Assembly: GCA_027460525.1 (NCBI GenBank)
Contig: JAPZAS010000020.1
Coordinates: 38,598 to 70,597 of the forward strand
DNA length: 32,000 nt
Source of the DNA: Candidatus Methanoperedens sp.
Lineage (GTDB): Archaea; Halobacteriota; Methanosarcinia; Methanosarcinales; Methanoperedenaceae
Direction: 5' to 3'
Of this stretch, positions 9,394 through 17,588 are shown piece by piece. Both the position numbers and the translations under genes were made by a program. Positions within the stretch are counted from its first letter, which is position 1. Every line of letters begins with the position of its first letter. The notes beneath the pieces were generated by a model that worked only from the letters and a program-made list of their open reading frames with translations, did no database searches and was not told the origin of the DNA.

Positions 9394-9549
9394 TTAGGAG
9401 AGGGGATACCATCTTTCGATATAACTGAAAAGCGTCCCTGTATTAACATCTTCAAGCTCGGCGGCGTCTATTATTTCAAGCACTTCTTCGATGACCCTGG
9501 GTTGTTCAGGGAGCTTGAGCCGTTCTACAAGAAAGTGCGCTAAAAACAT
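9394..9549 (-). CDS. Hypothetical small protein (51 aa)
   Basis: I read this ORF myself; it is below the track length cutoff. The translation is MFLAHFLVERLKLPEQPRVIEEVLEIIDAAELEDVNTGTLFSYIERWYPLS. It lies 30 nt downstream of the regulator gene on the same strand. I recognise no family. Confidence 0.25.
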   Translation of the reverse strand: MFLAHFLVERLKLPEQPRVIEEVLEIIDAAELEDVNTGTLFSYIERWYPLS

Positions 9550-9579
9550 TCAGGACTTGAAGCATAATAAGTGTTATCT

Positions 9580-10392
9580 TTATTTTTCTTGTTGGTGTAT
9601 CTTAATTCCTATCGTTGCGACGTTTATGAATGTCTCAACTGTATTTTTCCCTTCTTCGGTAATTTCTATATACGACGAGCGCCCCTTCCCCTTTTTAACA
9701 GTCCACTCCTTATCTTCGAGTTTTTCAAAAAACTGCCTCTTTGCTTTCGCATATCCTTTTTTGGTTATTTCTTTATTCTTTCCTCGCTTTCCAGTAGCAT
9801 CTTTTATAAGACCTCGTTTTTCAAGCTCGAAAATGTACTCTTTCTGGGATATTCTTCCACCGTGCTCAGAAAGTATTGCAAGCGCGTGAATAAGTTCGTC
9901 CATCGGCGGCTCGATTGTGTATGTGGGTATCTTTAGTATTCTTTTAACGCCGCTGGTGATTCCTATAATCTTCCCGCCTTCGATGTCGGGATGCTCGATA
10001 TTATACTTCTCTGCCTGGACATAATACGGCACGGCGCCGTACATGAGCGAGGCGAGGGTGCCTGCTATTGCTGAGAGTTTGCTCCCTGATGAGAGGTTGA
10101 TGTAGACAAAGTTGCCGGCTGCTTTTTCTTTCCGCACAAGTTCGCAGAGCAGCGACATCTGCCTGCGGAAGTCCCAGATAGGACAGGAGAGGATGATAAG
10201 TTCCTTCTCTCTCACCAGCTTTTCTATCCTGCCGGTGAGTTCTTTGAGATACAATTTTCCTATATCTTTCTCTTCCTCATCCGTTATTATGTAAACCCTG
10301 TCAGCGCCAATGTCGCGCAGCGGAGTTTCGATGCGGTCTATCTCGTAGCCCATAGGTACGATGTGTACTTTTTTCTGTCCTGTTAGTTCCAT
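9580..10392 (-). CDS. Csa3-like regulator with an N-terminal CARF-like Rossmann domain and a C-terminal wHTH
   Basis: It is divergent from cas8b. The N-terminus reads KVHIVPMGYEIDRI...VYIITDEE...YINLSSGSKLSAIAG, which fits the CARF-type strand-loop and SxGxK-like motifs. The C-terminus LAILSEHGGRISQKEYIFELEKRGLI looks like a wHTH. The assignment comes from pattern and context, not from a search. Confidence 0.5.
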   Translation of the reverse strand: MELTGQKKVHIVPMGYEIDRIETPLRDIGADRVYIITDEEEKDIGKLYLKELTGRIEKLVREKELIILSCPIWDFRRQMSLLCELVRKEKAAGNFVYINLSSGSKLSAIAGTLASLMYGAVPYYVQAEKYNIEHPDIEGGKIIGITSGVKRILKIPTYTIEPPMDELIHALAILSEHGGRISQKEYIFELEKRGLIKDATGKRGKNKEITKKGYAKAKRQFFEKLEDKEWTVKKGKGRSSYIEITEEGKNTVETFINVATIGIKIHQQEK

Positions 10393-10406
10393 ATTCTGTC
10401 AGGTTA

Positions 10407-10438
10407 GTAACATTGGTAACGTTACAAATAAATGTAAC
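10407..10438. promoter_or_regulatory. GTAAC/GTTAC palindrome cluster (candidate operator) in the 5' region of the Csa3-like gene
   Basis: GTAAC occurs at 10407-10411. A perfect 10-bp palindrome GTAACGTTAC lies at 10416-10425. An inverted repeat GTTAC-N8-GTAAC spans 10421-10438. The cluster sits between a TATA-like CTATATTT (minus strand, about 10448-10455) and the ATG at 10392. Confidence 0.4.
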
Positions 10439-10521
10439 GGCGGAAAATTGAAATATAGGGAGCGCAAAATTAGAGTGTTTATTCCTGCGGCGCGGAATAC
10501 TTTCGCACCGCTTTGGTTATG

Positions 10522-10529
10522 TATATAAA
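10522..10529 (+). promoter_or_regulatory. TATA-box-like element (TATATAAA), candidate promoter of the interference operon
   Basis: This is the only strong TATA-like octamer in the divergent intergenic region. An archaeal transcription start roughly 25 bp downstream would fall just 5' of the iteron triplet at 10562-10591. Confidence 0.3.
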
Positions 10530-10561
10530 GAGATAAGTGTTCTAATCAAAACAGAAAAACG

Positions 10562-10591
10562 AACCGCAGATAAACGCAGATGAACGCAGAT
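10562..10591 (-). repeat. Iteron triplet, three tandem 10-mers (ATCTGCGKTY read on the minus strand)
   Basis: The plus strand reads AACCGCAGAT AAACGCAGAT GAACGCAGAT. This is the reverse complement of the triplets at 17198-17227 and 17559-17588. Confidence 0.85.
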
Positions 10592-10712
10592 TAACTGCAT
10601 TGAGGGAGCATGGTGATAATAACTTGAATACAGGTATCGAAACCAATGGCGCAAAGCCCGCCGATGGGGCGCGGGAGGAGCATGAGGAGGAGGGGGCGGG
10701 AGAAGTGATATA

Positions 10713-12758
10713 ATGTTGAGAGATATTAAACAACTTACTGAATTGTATTTACAGAATAAAGAAGTGCTCCCCGCTGACCAAACATGGGAAGTTTTTCATG
10801 ACGAATTGATTACAAATGCATCGTTAGAAAATATTAAAGTGCTTGCAGATGCAATCCCAAATAAATGCAAATATGCTTTATTTGTCGATATTGACATCAA
10901 AGCGAAAACCTATGAAATTAAAGATTACGTTGAAATTGGTGCAATTGAAGATTGGACAGCTCATTTATTTTGGCAAGGTTCGGGCGGGGCAAAGAGCGAT
11001 AAGGTTAGAAGCACACCACACAAAATCTATTCTAAAAAAGGAGATTTCTCAGCATCAGATTTTATAGATCCGCTTGAAACTATATTGGAAGATTATTGCT
11101 TTATTAAAGAGGATACAAAGAAAAAAGGGAAACTGAAGACAGTAGGACCATTATTTTGGGATGAAAAAAATATAGATTCAAGAGATTGGCTGCAAGGTGT
11201 AGTTGAAGTTTTAAAAGTTAATAAAGAGAAAATAGACCAAGATGTAAAAGAAAAATTCCCAGCGAAGGATTCCGTATTTGTAGGATTGACTATTGATAAT
11301 AAACCAATTGGAGAATATGAATTATTCCGCCGTTATTTATTATTTGTAAGATTGCGTTCAGGAATCCAAAAAGGAACGGACTTATTTAAAAATAGGATTA
11401 CTTCAGAAGTTATTAAGGAACAAAAATTGATAGGAGTTTGTCCCTCATGTCAATGTGAAAAACCACTTTTAAATCAATGGGCTGTGCCGGCAGAACTATC
11501 TTTTTATCAAACAACAGATAAATGTCATTTATCGTTTAAATACGAACCCGATGCCTCTTTTCGTTTATGCAGAGGTTGTTCAGATATATTATATATTTTT
11601 AAACAGCAACTTTTGGCTTCATTAACCAGAAAATTGGGTGGTGATGAGTGTTTAGTATTACCGTCTATTAAATTGATGCCAAAGGACGATACGGAAAAAT
11701 TAAGATTGTATGAAAACCTAAAAAATTTATGGGATTCTCCAAAACAAAAAATTGCCTCTACAGAAGAAAGGCTGGTTTATCGTCTTGGGAAATTGCCTTC
11801 ATATGCTACAGTAACTTTCGCCTTTGGGGATGCCATTATAACAAAAGGTGACTCAACAAATGTAAGAAGGCTCGATAAAATTAATGTTATCTTTCCAGAT
11901 GTTTTACCAAGTAGACTTTCTAAAATCGCTGATGCGATACAAAATTCAAATAAACGATTAAATGAAATGTGGGATTTAACTGGTAGGGTATGGCAGTGTT
12001 CTTGGAAGATTCAAGATGATTTTTATATATTGAAACAAATCTTTTATCCTTCATGGGAGGAAAAAAAGAAGGATAGAAGTAATACTCGACCAGAGGTAGA
12101 GAGATATTTAAGGGCAATTTTTTATGGGCAGGAGATTTTTTGTGGAGAGATTGCAGAAGATTGTTTTAGTAATTTGGTCTCCGCTATAAAAACAACTCGC
12201 AAAGCAAAAGAAGATAGCAATGACAAGTATGCTCGTGACAATTATATTGGTAATCTCTTGTCTTTATTTGTTTTTTTTGAACAACTAAAAGAAAACAATA
12301 ATCGATACAAAAAGGAGGTGAAAACCATGTCAGACAAAACACAGTTTGAATTCACTGCTATGCCAAATTTAGGCAAGTTTGTTGAAATGCATCCATTATT
12401 CAAAGACAGCCAATATCTGGCTCCATTCTTTGTTGGATGTCTATTTTCTTATGCTGAAAATTTGCAGAAAGAAAACAGCCGACTTGCTGCATATAATTGG
12501 CTTGGAACGATGAGTTTGAAATATAATGATATATTGCAGGATATATATCCAAAAGCCCTGAATTATATCACAAATAAGGAAAAGATTGTTTCAAGCCCGA
12601 GGCTGCAGGAGCTTATGAAAGCTGTTGCCCATTTTGATAAAGGAAAATGTGATAACGACAGATTGGCTTTGGTAGCTTTTTGTCACGGTTGGGCGGTAGG
12701 TAGAGATTTCATTTATATGAAAAAGGATGATAAAAAAGCGAACGCTGTAACTACATAA
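10713..12758 (+). CDS. cas8b: Type I-B large subunit Cas8b (Csh1-like)
   Basis: The 681-aa ORF sits directly upstream of cas7-cas5-cas3. It has a zinc-ribbon-like CPSCQC...CRGCSD. The size and position match Cas8b. Sequence-level family membership was not verified. Confidence 0.7.
   Translation: MLRDIKQLTELYLQNKEVLPADQTWEVFHDELITNASLENIKVLADAIPNKCKYALFVDIDIKAKTYEIKDYVEIGAIEDWTAHLFWQGSGGAKSDKVRSTPHKIYSKKGDFSASDFIDPLETILEDYCFIKEDTKKKGKLKTVGPLFWDEKNIDSRDWLQGVVEVLKVNKEKIDQDVKEKFPAKDSVFVGLTIDNKPIGEYELFRRYLLFVRLRSGIQKGTDLFKNRITSEVIKEQKLIGVCPSCQCEKPLLNQWAVPAELSFYQTTDKCHLSFKYEPDASFRLCRGCSDILYIFKQQLLASLTRKLGGDECLVLPSIKLMPKDDTEKLRLYENLKNLWDSPKQKIASTEERLVYRLGKLPSYATVTFAFGDAIITKGDSTNVRRLDKINVIFPDVLPSRLSKIADAIQNSNKRLNEMWDLTGRVWQCSWKIQDDFYILKQIFYPSWEEKKKDRSNTRPEVERYLRAIFYGQEIFCGEIAEDCFSNLVSAIKTTRKAKEDSNDKYARDNYIGNLLSLFVFFEQLKENNNRYKKEVKTMSDKTQFEFTAMPNLGKFVEMHPLFKDSQYLAPFFVGCLFSYAENLQKENSRLAAYNWLGTMSLKYNDILQDIYPKALNYITNKEKIVSSPRLQELMKAVAHFDKGKCDNDRLALVAFCHGWAVGRDFIYMKKDDKKANAVTT
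12327..12758 (+). CDS. cas11: Putative Cas11 small subunit made from an internal in-frame start within cas8b
   Basis: AAAAGGAGGTGAAAACC precedes the in-frame ATG at 12327; (12327-10713) is divisible by 3. The 143-aa product is MSDKTQFEFTAMPNLGKFVEMHPLF.... No separate cas11 gene exists in the locus. Internal Cas11 translation is established for types I-B, I-C and I-D. Confidence 0.45.
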   Translation: MSDKTQFEFTAMPNLGKFVEMHPLFKDSQYLAPFFVGCLFSYAENLQKENSRLAAYNWLGTMSLKYNDILQDIYPKALNYITNKEKIVSSPRLQELMKAVAHFDKGKCDNDRLALVAFCHGWAVGRDFIYMKKDDKKANAVTT

Positions 12759-12770
12759 GGAGGAAAGAAT

Positions 12771-13955
12771 ATGAATAATCACTTAAAAAATAGGCACGAA
12801 ACCCTTTTTTTATGGGATGCACGAAAGAGTAACCCAAATGGAGACCCCAATGGGAATGAACCACGTATTGATAGGCATACCAAGCGATGCGATATCACAG
12901 ACGTATGCATTAAGAGGTCGATAAGAAATTTTATCACAACTAAATATGGATTAAATAGTATTCTTGTTACTAAACTTGGAGATGATGCATCAGAGACCGT
13001 AACATTAACTGATAGAATTTCAAACTATCTATTCGGTACAGCCGAGAAAATCAAAAAATTAAAAGATATAGTTGAAAAACATGCTGAAGGCAAATTGGAC
13101 AAAACATTAGAACCTTATAAATCCTTTAATGAAAAACCTTCACCTGCAACTTTAAAAACAATAATAAGTTCCAAAAAAGAAGATAAAGATAAATTGAAAA
13201 AGATATTAATTAATAAAGATATCGATATTGAGACACTTCAAAGTGGAATAATTAAAGATTTAAGAGCTTATCTCTGCGGCGCATTTTCAGATCTACGAAT
13301 GTTTGGAAGCGTGCTTGCATTGGAAAAAGAGTTAAATCCTTTAGGAGGACCTATCACAGGGCCAATTCAGATAGAAATTGGTACTTCTCTTCATCGTGTA
13401 GTTCAATCCAACAAGCAAATTACGAGTGTAATGGGAAGTAAGGAAGAGAAAGAAGCTGGGATTATTGGTGACACTCATTGCATCGAGTATGGTTTGTTTG
13501 CAACCAGTGCCATAGCAAATGAAAATGCGGCGAAATTTACGGGTTTAACTGCTGAAGATCACGATTTATTCCTAAAAACTCTCTGGCGTGGAACTCGTGA
13601 ACGTCATACTCGAAGTAAAAATCAAGTTCCAAGACTGTTGATAGACATAGAATATAACAAGCCATTTCATTTCGGTGATCTAGTGAATAGTGTTGGATTG
13701 AAGCCGAAATTTGATGAGAAAGTTGGAAAAACCATAGAAGAAGAAAGTTATAGAAGTATAGATGACTTTACTATTGATTTAACTGGATTCTTCAATAAAA
13801 TTGACTCAAAAAAAGAATCTGTGGATTCTATTAAATTTGCTTCCTATGGGCTAATATCCTTAAAGGAATTTAAAGAAGGACTACCAAAAGAATTAGTTAA
13901 CAATATATTTGAACTTACAGATATCGATTTTGATAAAGCGCCGGAAACAAAATGA
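12771..13955 (+). CDS. cas7: Cas7 backbone subunit (Csh2/Csd2-type, I-B)
   Basis: The N-terminus LFLWDARKSNPNGDPNGNEPRIDRHTKRCDITDVCIKRSIRNFI is the hallmark of the Csh2/Csd2 Cas7 family. DLRMFGSV is also present. At 394 aa it is longer than usual, with a Lys-rich insertion around residues 85-160. Confidence 0.85.
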   Translation: MNNHLKNRHETLFLWDARKSNPNGDPNGNEPRIDRHTKRCDITDVCIKRSIRNFITTKYGLNSILVTKLGDDASETVTLTDRISNYLFGTAEKIKKLKDIVEKHAEGKLDKTLEPYKSFNEKPSPATLKTIISSKKEDKDKLKKILINKDIDIETLQSGIIKDLRAYLCGAFSDLRMFGSVLALEKELNPLGGPITGPIQIEIGTSLHRVVQSNKQITSVMGSKEEKEAGIIGDTHCIEYGLFATSAIANENAAKFTGLTAEDHDLFLKTLWRGTRERHTRSKNQVPRLLIDIEYNKPFHFGDLVNSVGLKPKFDEKVGKTIEEESYRSIDDFTIDLTGFFNKIDSKKESVDSIKFASYGLISLKEFKEGLPKELVNNIFELTDIDFDKAPETK

Positions 13956-14653
13956 AAATCATATCTTTTTGTATGCAGGGGAGGTTCGCCCATTTCTGTA
14001 TACCCTTTACGAATGTTTATCGACTCACTCAACCTTGCCCCACTAAAACGGCAATATTGGGCTTTATTGGTGCTGTATTGGGTATAGATAAGGACAATCT
14101 GAGCCTCTATCAAAAGTTCAAATGTGGTGTCGAAATACTCGGTGAATACAGAACAATAGCTATTCCTTACCTCGCCAGACAAGGTTTTCCTGGAAGCTCT
14201 TCAAATAAAGATTCTTCAAGAACTTCTGTTGAAGTGGTAGTTAAACCAAGATATAGAATATATCTTCTCGGAGAGGAGGATTCCATTAGAGATATTCAAA
14301 AGGTATTGTCGTATCAGGAACCTGTATATACACCATATCTTGGATTAGCACAATTTATTGCAAGTACCGATTTTGAAGTAAGCGATTTAACTGATGCAGA
14401 TTTTGTCGAAGGCATAGATGTAAATGCTAATGGTGCTTTCATTCGAGGAGTACATGGTGAGTTGGATTTTTCCAAATTAACCTCAGATTCAATAAGATTA
14501 ACCGAATTTCAAGGAATTAAAGGAATTTTGCCACCACGCAACTTCGAGCATGGTGTTTTCACAATTAACCTTGATGCTGGTACCATCCCTTTAAAAAATG
14601 TACGACATGTAGTGAAAATTCCAGAGTCGGATAAATATGTACCAGTTTTCTAA
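13952..14653 (+). CDS. cas5: Cas5 (I-B)
   Basis: The N-terminus GRFAHFCIPFTNVYRLTQPCPTKTAILGFIGAVLGI is the typical Cas5 motif. There is an ATGA overlap with cas7. The protein is 233 aa. Confidence 0.8.
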   Translation: MKIISFCMQGRFAHFCIPFTNVYRLTQPCPTKTAILGFIGAVLGIDKDNLSLYQKFKCGVEILGEYRTIAIPYLARQGFPGSSSNKDSSRTSVEVVVKPRYRIYLLGEEDSIRDIQKVLSYQEPVYTPYLGLAQFIASTDFEVSDLTDADFVEGIDVNANGAFIRGVHGELDFSKLTSDSIRLTEFQGIKGILPPRNFEHGVFTINLDAGTIPLKNVRHVVKIPESDKYVPVF

Positions 14654-17006
14654 TATTAAATCACATCCTGATTTACCACTTGAGAGTCATTTATCTCAGG
14701 TCGCAGATATAGCAATCAACCTATTAGAAAATAAAAAAGTGGATTTTTCAAAACTTGGAATTTCCAAAACACATATTAAAGAACTTATTAAAAGAACCGG
14801 ATTCTTTCATGACATAGGAAAAGCTACGCCATATTTTCAGAATCGATTATCAACGGGAAAAAAGGCTCCAAATGGTGAACATCAGCATACAGGGTTATCG
14901 ACCATCCTCGCTTATAAGCCTATCATGGATTATTGCAAAGAAAATAAACTTGAGGGTTATATTGCATTAGCGCCACTTATTGCGATTAAGTGCCATCATT
15001 CCGAATTTTCTAAATCATTGCCAAATGATGGTGCTATGGAATTACGCATAAAATCGTTTCACAAAGAGATTTTAGAACTATCCGACTTAAAAAACATTGG
15101 ATTGTCTATTAATGATTACCCGCCTAATCCATTAGATGTTGATTGCAAAATTGAAGACTTATTATTTGATGTTGATAGATGTTCGTCGGAACAAAAAATT
15201 AAATTTCGATTATTGACTCTTTTTATTTATTCATTGCTTCTTGAAGCCGATAAAGCTTATTTGGCAGTTAAAGACAAGGAATTATATCAGCGAAAAGCAA
15301 TAAGCATAGATAAATCTACAGTGGATAATTTTAAAATAAATAAATTTAAAAATAAAACTGGAATAATAAATAAAGACCGTGAAGAAGCCTCTTTTGAAGT
15401 AAATAACCAAATAAACAATATTAATTTAGACAATCGCATATATTCTCTTACTTTGCCAACCGGAATGGGTAAAACTTTATTGGCTGCTTCCTGGGCGTTA
15501 AAATTAAGAGAAAAAATAAATGAAAAAGACGGTTTCCTTCCTCAGGTAATTGTTGCGCTACCTTTTCTTTCTATAATAGATCAATCGGCTAAGACTTATG
15601 AAGAATTCCTAGGCAATCCAAATGAGGATATTTTTCTAAAAACGCACTCTCTTTCGCCTTTTGAGTTTAATGGCTATGAACAAAACGCAGCAGAGTTTTT
15701 TATTAATATTTGGAAATCCCAAATAATCATGACCACCTTCGATCAACTTTTATATACTTTTTTAAGTTTCAAACCAAAACACCTTATGCGCTTTCATAAT
15801 TTGATGAACAGCATAATTATTATGGATGAAATACAGGCTTTGCCTCCCCACTTATGGAATCCATTTAACACTTTTATAAAATACATAACCGAAATTGGAA
15901 ATAGTTATCTTCTTGTTATGTCAGCTACACAACCTCGTTTTTTAGATAATGCCATCGAAATAGTTACTGACAAAAAGGTAGGAGAATTAGTTAAAGGACC
16001 TGAAAGATATTTTGAAAAATTATCTCGCTATAAACTAATATTGAAACATAAGGAGCCCAAAGCCATAGATGATTTTATTGAAGAAATGAAAACTGAGCTT
16101 AAAAATTTAAAAGAAAATAAAATTATGTTTGTCCTCAATACGAGAGATTGTGCAAAAAGAATTTACGAAAAATTGAAAGAATATTCTGATGGCAGAGAAA
16201 CATACTTTCTTTCATCTTATGTAATACCTAAAGAAAGATTGGAAAGAATCGAGAAAATAAAAAATTCAGACCGCGCTTTAGTTATAACCACCCAATGTAT
16301 TGAAGCTGGTGTGGATATTGACATGGATTACGTTATTAGAGATTTAGGACCGTTAGATTCAATAATACAAGTTGCTGGACGATGCAACCGTGAAGGTGAA
16401 AAAAATACCAAGTCCGTAGATATCATTCGATTATATGATCCAAATGCAAAGAGTCCTTTCAGTCCAAATGGTGAATTTAATGTAATGGTTTATGACGAAT
16501 TATCTATTGGAGCAACTCTTAAAATCTTAGATGAAGTCTTAAAGAAAGAAGGGAAAGAAATTATAGAAAGTAAGGTTTTTGACTTAGCAAAGCAATATTT
16601 TATTGAATTGCGCCGAAAAGATTTGGGAGTCTCTAGGACCGAATGTTTAATTGACTTATCCCACGAATACAAAAAAAACGGTAAACCAAATAAGTTCAAT
16701 ATTCGTTCAGAGTTAAGGGGAAATCTAAAACAATATAACTTGATTGTTGAAAAATTCGTACCTGATTTGAAGAATGAAATTGAGCAAATATTTAACGAAA
16801 AAATAGATCGATGGGAGCGAAGAAGAAAACTTAAAAACATTTCAAGCAAAATAGCAATGAATTCTATTTCGGTGAATGCATATAATTTTAATCCAGATGA
16901 AATTGCAAACCGAGGAAAAGGCGATTTTTATTTTCTTGAGTCGAAATATTATGATGAAGATGTTGGTTTTAATTATAAAACACCCCCAAGCGTATACATA
17001 ATATGA
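14637..17006 (+). CDS. cas3: Cas3 HD nuclease-helicase fusion
   Basis: HD domain motifs are FHDIGKATPYFQ, HTGLS and KCHHSEF. Helicase motifs are LPTGMGKT (I), MDEIQ (II) and QVAGRCNREG (VI). It overlaps cas5 by 17 nt. Confidence 0.9.
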   Translation: MYQFSNIKSHPDLPLESHLSQVADIAINLLENKKVDFSKLGISKTHIKELIKRTGFFHDIGKATPYFQNRLSTGKKAPNGEHQHTGLSTILAYKPIMDYCKENKLEGYIALAPLIAIKCHHSEFSKSLPNDGAMELRIKSFHKEILELSDLKNIGLSINDYPPNPLDVDCKIEDLLFDVDRCSSEQKIKFRLLTLFIYSLLLEADKAYLAVKDKELYQRKAISIDKSTVDNFKINKFKNKTGIINKDREEASFEVNNQINNINLDNRIYSLTLPTGMGKTLLAASWALKLREKINEKDGFLPQVIVALPFLSIIDQSAKTYEEFLGNPNEDIFLKTHSLSPFEFNGYEQNAAEFFINIWKSQIIMTTFDQLLYTFLSFKPKHLMRFHNLMNSIIIMDEIQALPPHLWNPFNTFIKYITEIGNSYLLVMSATQPRFLDNAIEIVTDKKVGELVKGPERYFEKLSRYKLILKHKEPKAIDDFIEEMKTELKNLKENKIMFVLNTRDCAKRIYEKLKEYSDGRETYFLSSYVIPKERLERIEKIKNSDRALVITTQCIEAGVDIDMDYVIRDLGPLDSIIQVAGRCNREGEKNTKSVDIIRLYDPNAKSPFSPNGEFNVMVYDELSIGATLKILDEVLKKEGKEIIESKVFDLAKQYFIELRRKDLGVSRTECLIDLSHEYKKNGKPNKFNIRSELRGNLKQYNLIVEKFVPDLKNEIEQIFNEKIDRWERRRKLKNISSKIAMNSISVNAYNFNPDEIANRGKGDFYFLESKYYDEDVGFNYKTPPSVYII

Positions 17007-17036
17007 CAAATCCTTAACAAATACAAAAGTGTAATT

Positions 17037-17189
17037 ATGATCCTGAAAACTTTCCCCCTCGCCCCCGCCCTCCCCATCACACAGGCGCGGCGCAGCACGA
17101 CAGACGGCGCGCAGGGATTTCATGACGGCGCCGGACTTATAAATGATGTTTATGATAAATACGATGAAATAAAAATATGGAGAACATGA
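17037..17189 (+). pseudogene. Degenerate cas6 5' copy 1 (in-frame 50-codon mini-cas6 ORF)
   Basis: My translation is MILKTFPLAPALPITQARRSTTDGAQGFHDGAGLINDVYDKYDEIKIWRT*. It aligns with Cas6 residues MLLKTFTL... and ...MIDGAPMVIGINDGAEVLKQVYDKYDEIKL across an internal deletion that preserves the frame. Confidence 0.6.
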
Positions 17190-17197
17190 AACAACCA

Positions 17198-17227
17198 ATC
17201 TGCGTTCATCTGCGTTCATCTGCGGTT
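17198..17227 (+). repeat. Iteron triplet (ATCTGCGTTC ATCTGCGTTC ATCTGCGGTT)
   Basis: These tandem 10-mers were read directly. The same triplet recurs 361 bp downstream and, inverted, at 10562-10591. Confidence 0.9.
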
Positions 17228-17298
17228 CGTGATTTCGATACGCATAGCCTGCCTCGGATGCCTATCGGCGCGCCGGACAGTTTAAAATATTTAGCTCT

Positions 17299-17329
17299 GA
17301 GTTCGTACGAGTTCGTATTGAGTTCGTTG
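17299..17329 (+). repeat. Second short tandem repeat (GAGTTCGTAC GAGTTCGTATT GAGTTCGTTG)
   Basis: Three consecutive 10-11-bp units were read directly. They are present only in the first unit of the cas3-cas6 spacer region. Confidence 0.7.
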
Positions 17330-17410
17330 TTTATATTCCATCTCGCTCTGCGCTCTTTGCGTTCATCAGCGGTTAATGAATCCGATAGTGAAATTAACCT
17401 TCCACACGTA

Positions 17411-17547
17411 ATGCTCCCCGCCCCCCCATCCTCCCCACTCATGCGCGGCGCATCACGACAGACGGCGCGCCGGGACTTTGTGGCGGCGCCAGATTTATAA
17501 AGATGATTTATGATAAATACGACAAAATAAAAATATGGAGACCATGA
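17411..17547 (+). pseudogene. Degenerate cas6 5' copy 2 (frameshifted)
   Basis: ATGCTCCCCGCCCCCCCATCCTCCCC...GACGGCGCGCCGGGACTTTGTGGCGGCGCCAGATTTATAAAGATGATTTATGATAAATACGACAAAATAAAA is homologous to copy 1 and to cas6. However, the YDKYD segment is out of frame with the ATG. Confidence 0.55.
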
Positions 17548-17558
17548 AAACTGAACAA

Positions 17559-17588
17559 ATCTGCGTTCATCTGCGTTCATCTGCGGTT
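17559..17588 (+). repeat. Iteron triplet (ATCTGCGTTC ATCTGCGTTC ATCTGCGGTT)
   Basis: Its sequence is identical to the triplet at 17198-17227. Confidence 0.9.

Noticed and set aside
10542-10733. A 63-aa minus-strand ORF across the cas8b upstream region.
   Set aside because: It consists of the inverted composite repeat (G-tract and iterons) read as protein and overlaps the cas8b start. There is no support for coding.
16842-17580. Two minus-strand ORFs that both begin MNADERR (16842..17219 and 17206..17580), plus the plus-strand ORF 17177..17500.
   Set aside because: Their similarity comes from the duplicated DNA unit; MNADERR is the iteron read in reverse. They overlap the cas3 3' end and each other, and they have odd composition and no SD. 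They are more likely repeat artefacts than proteins.
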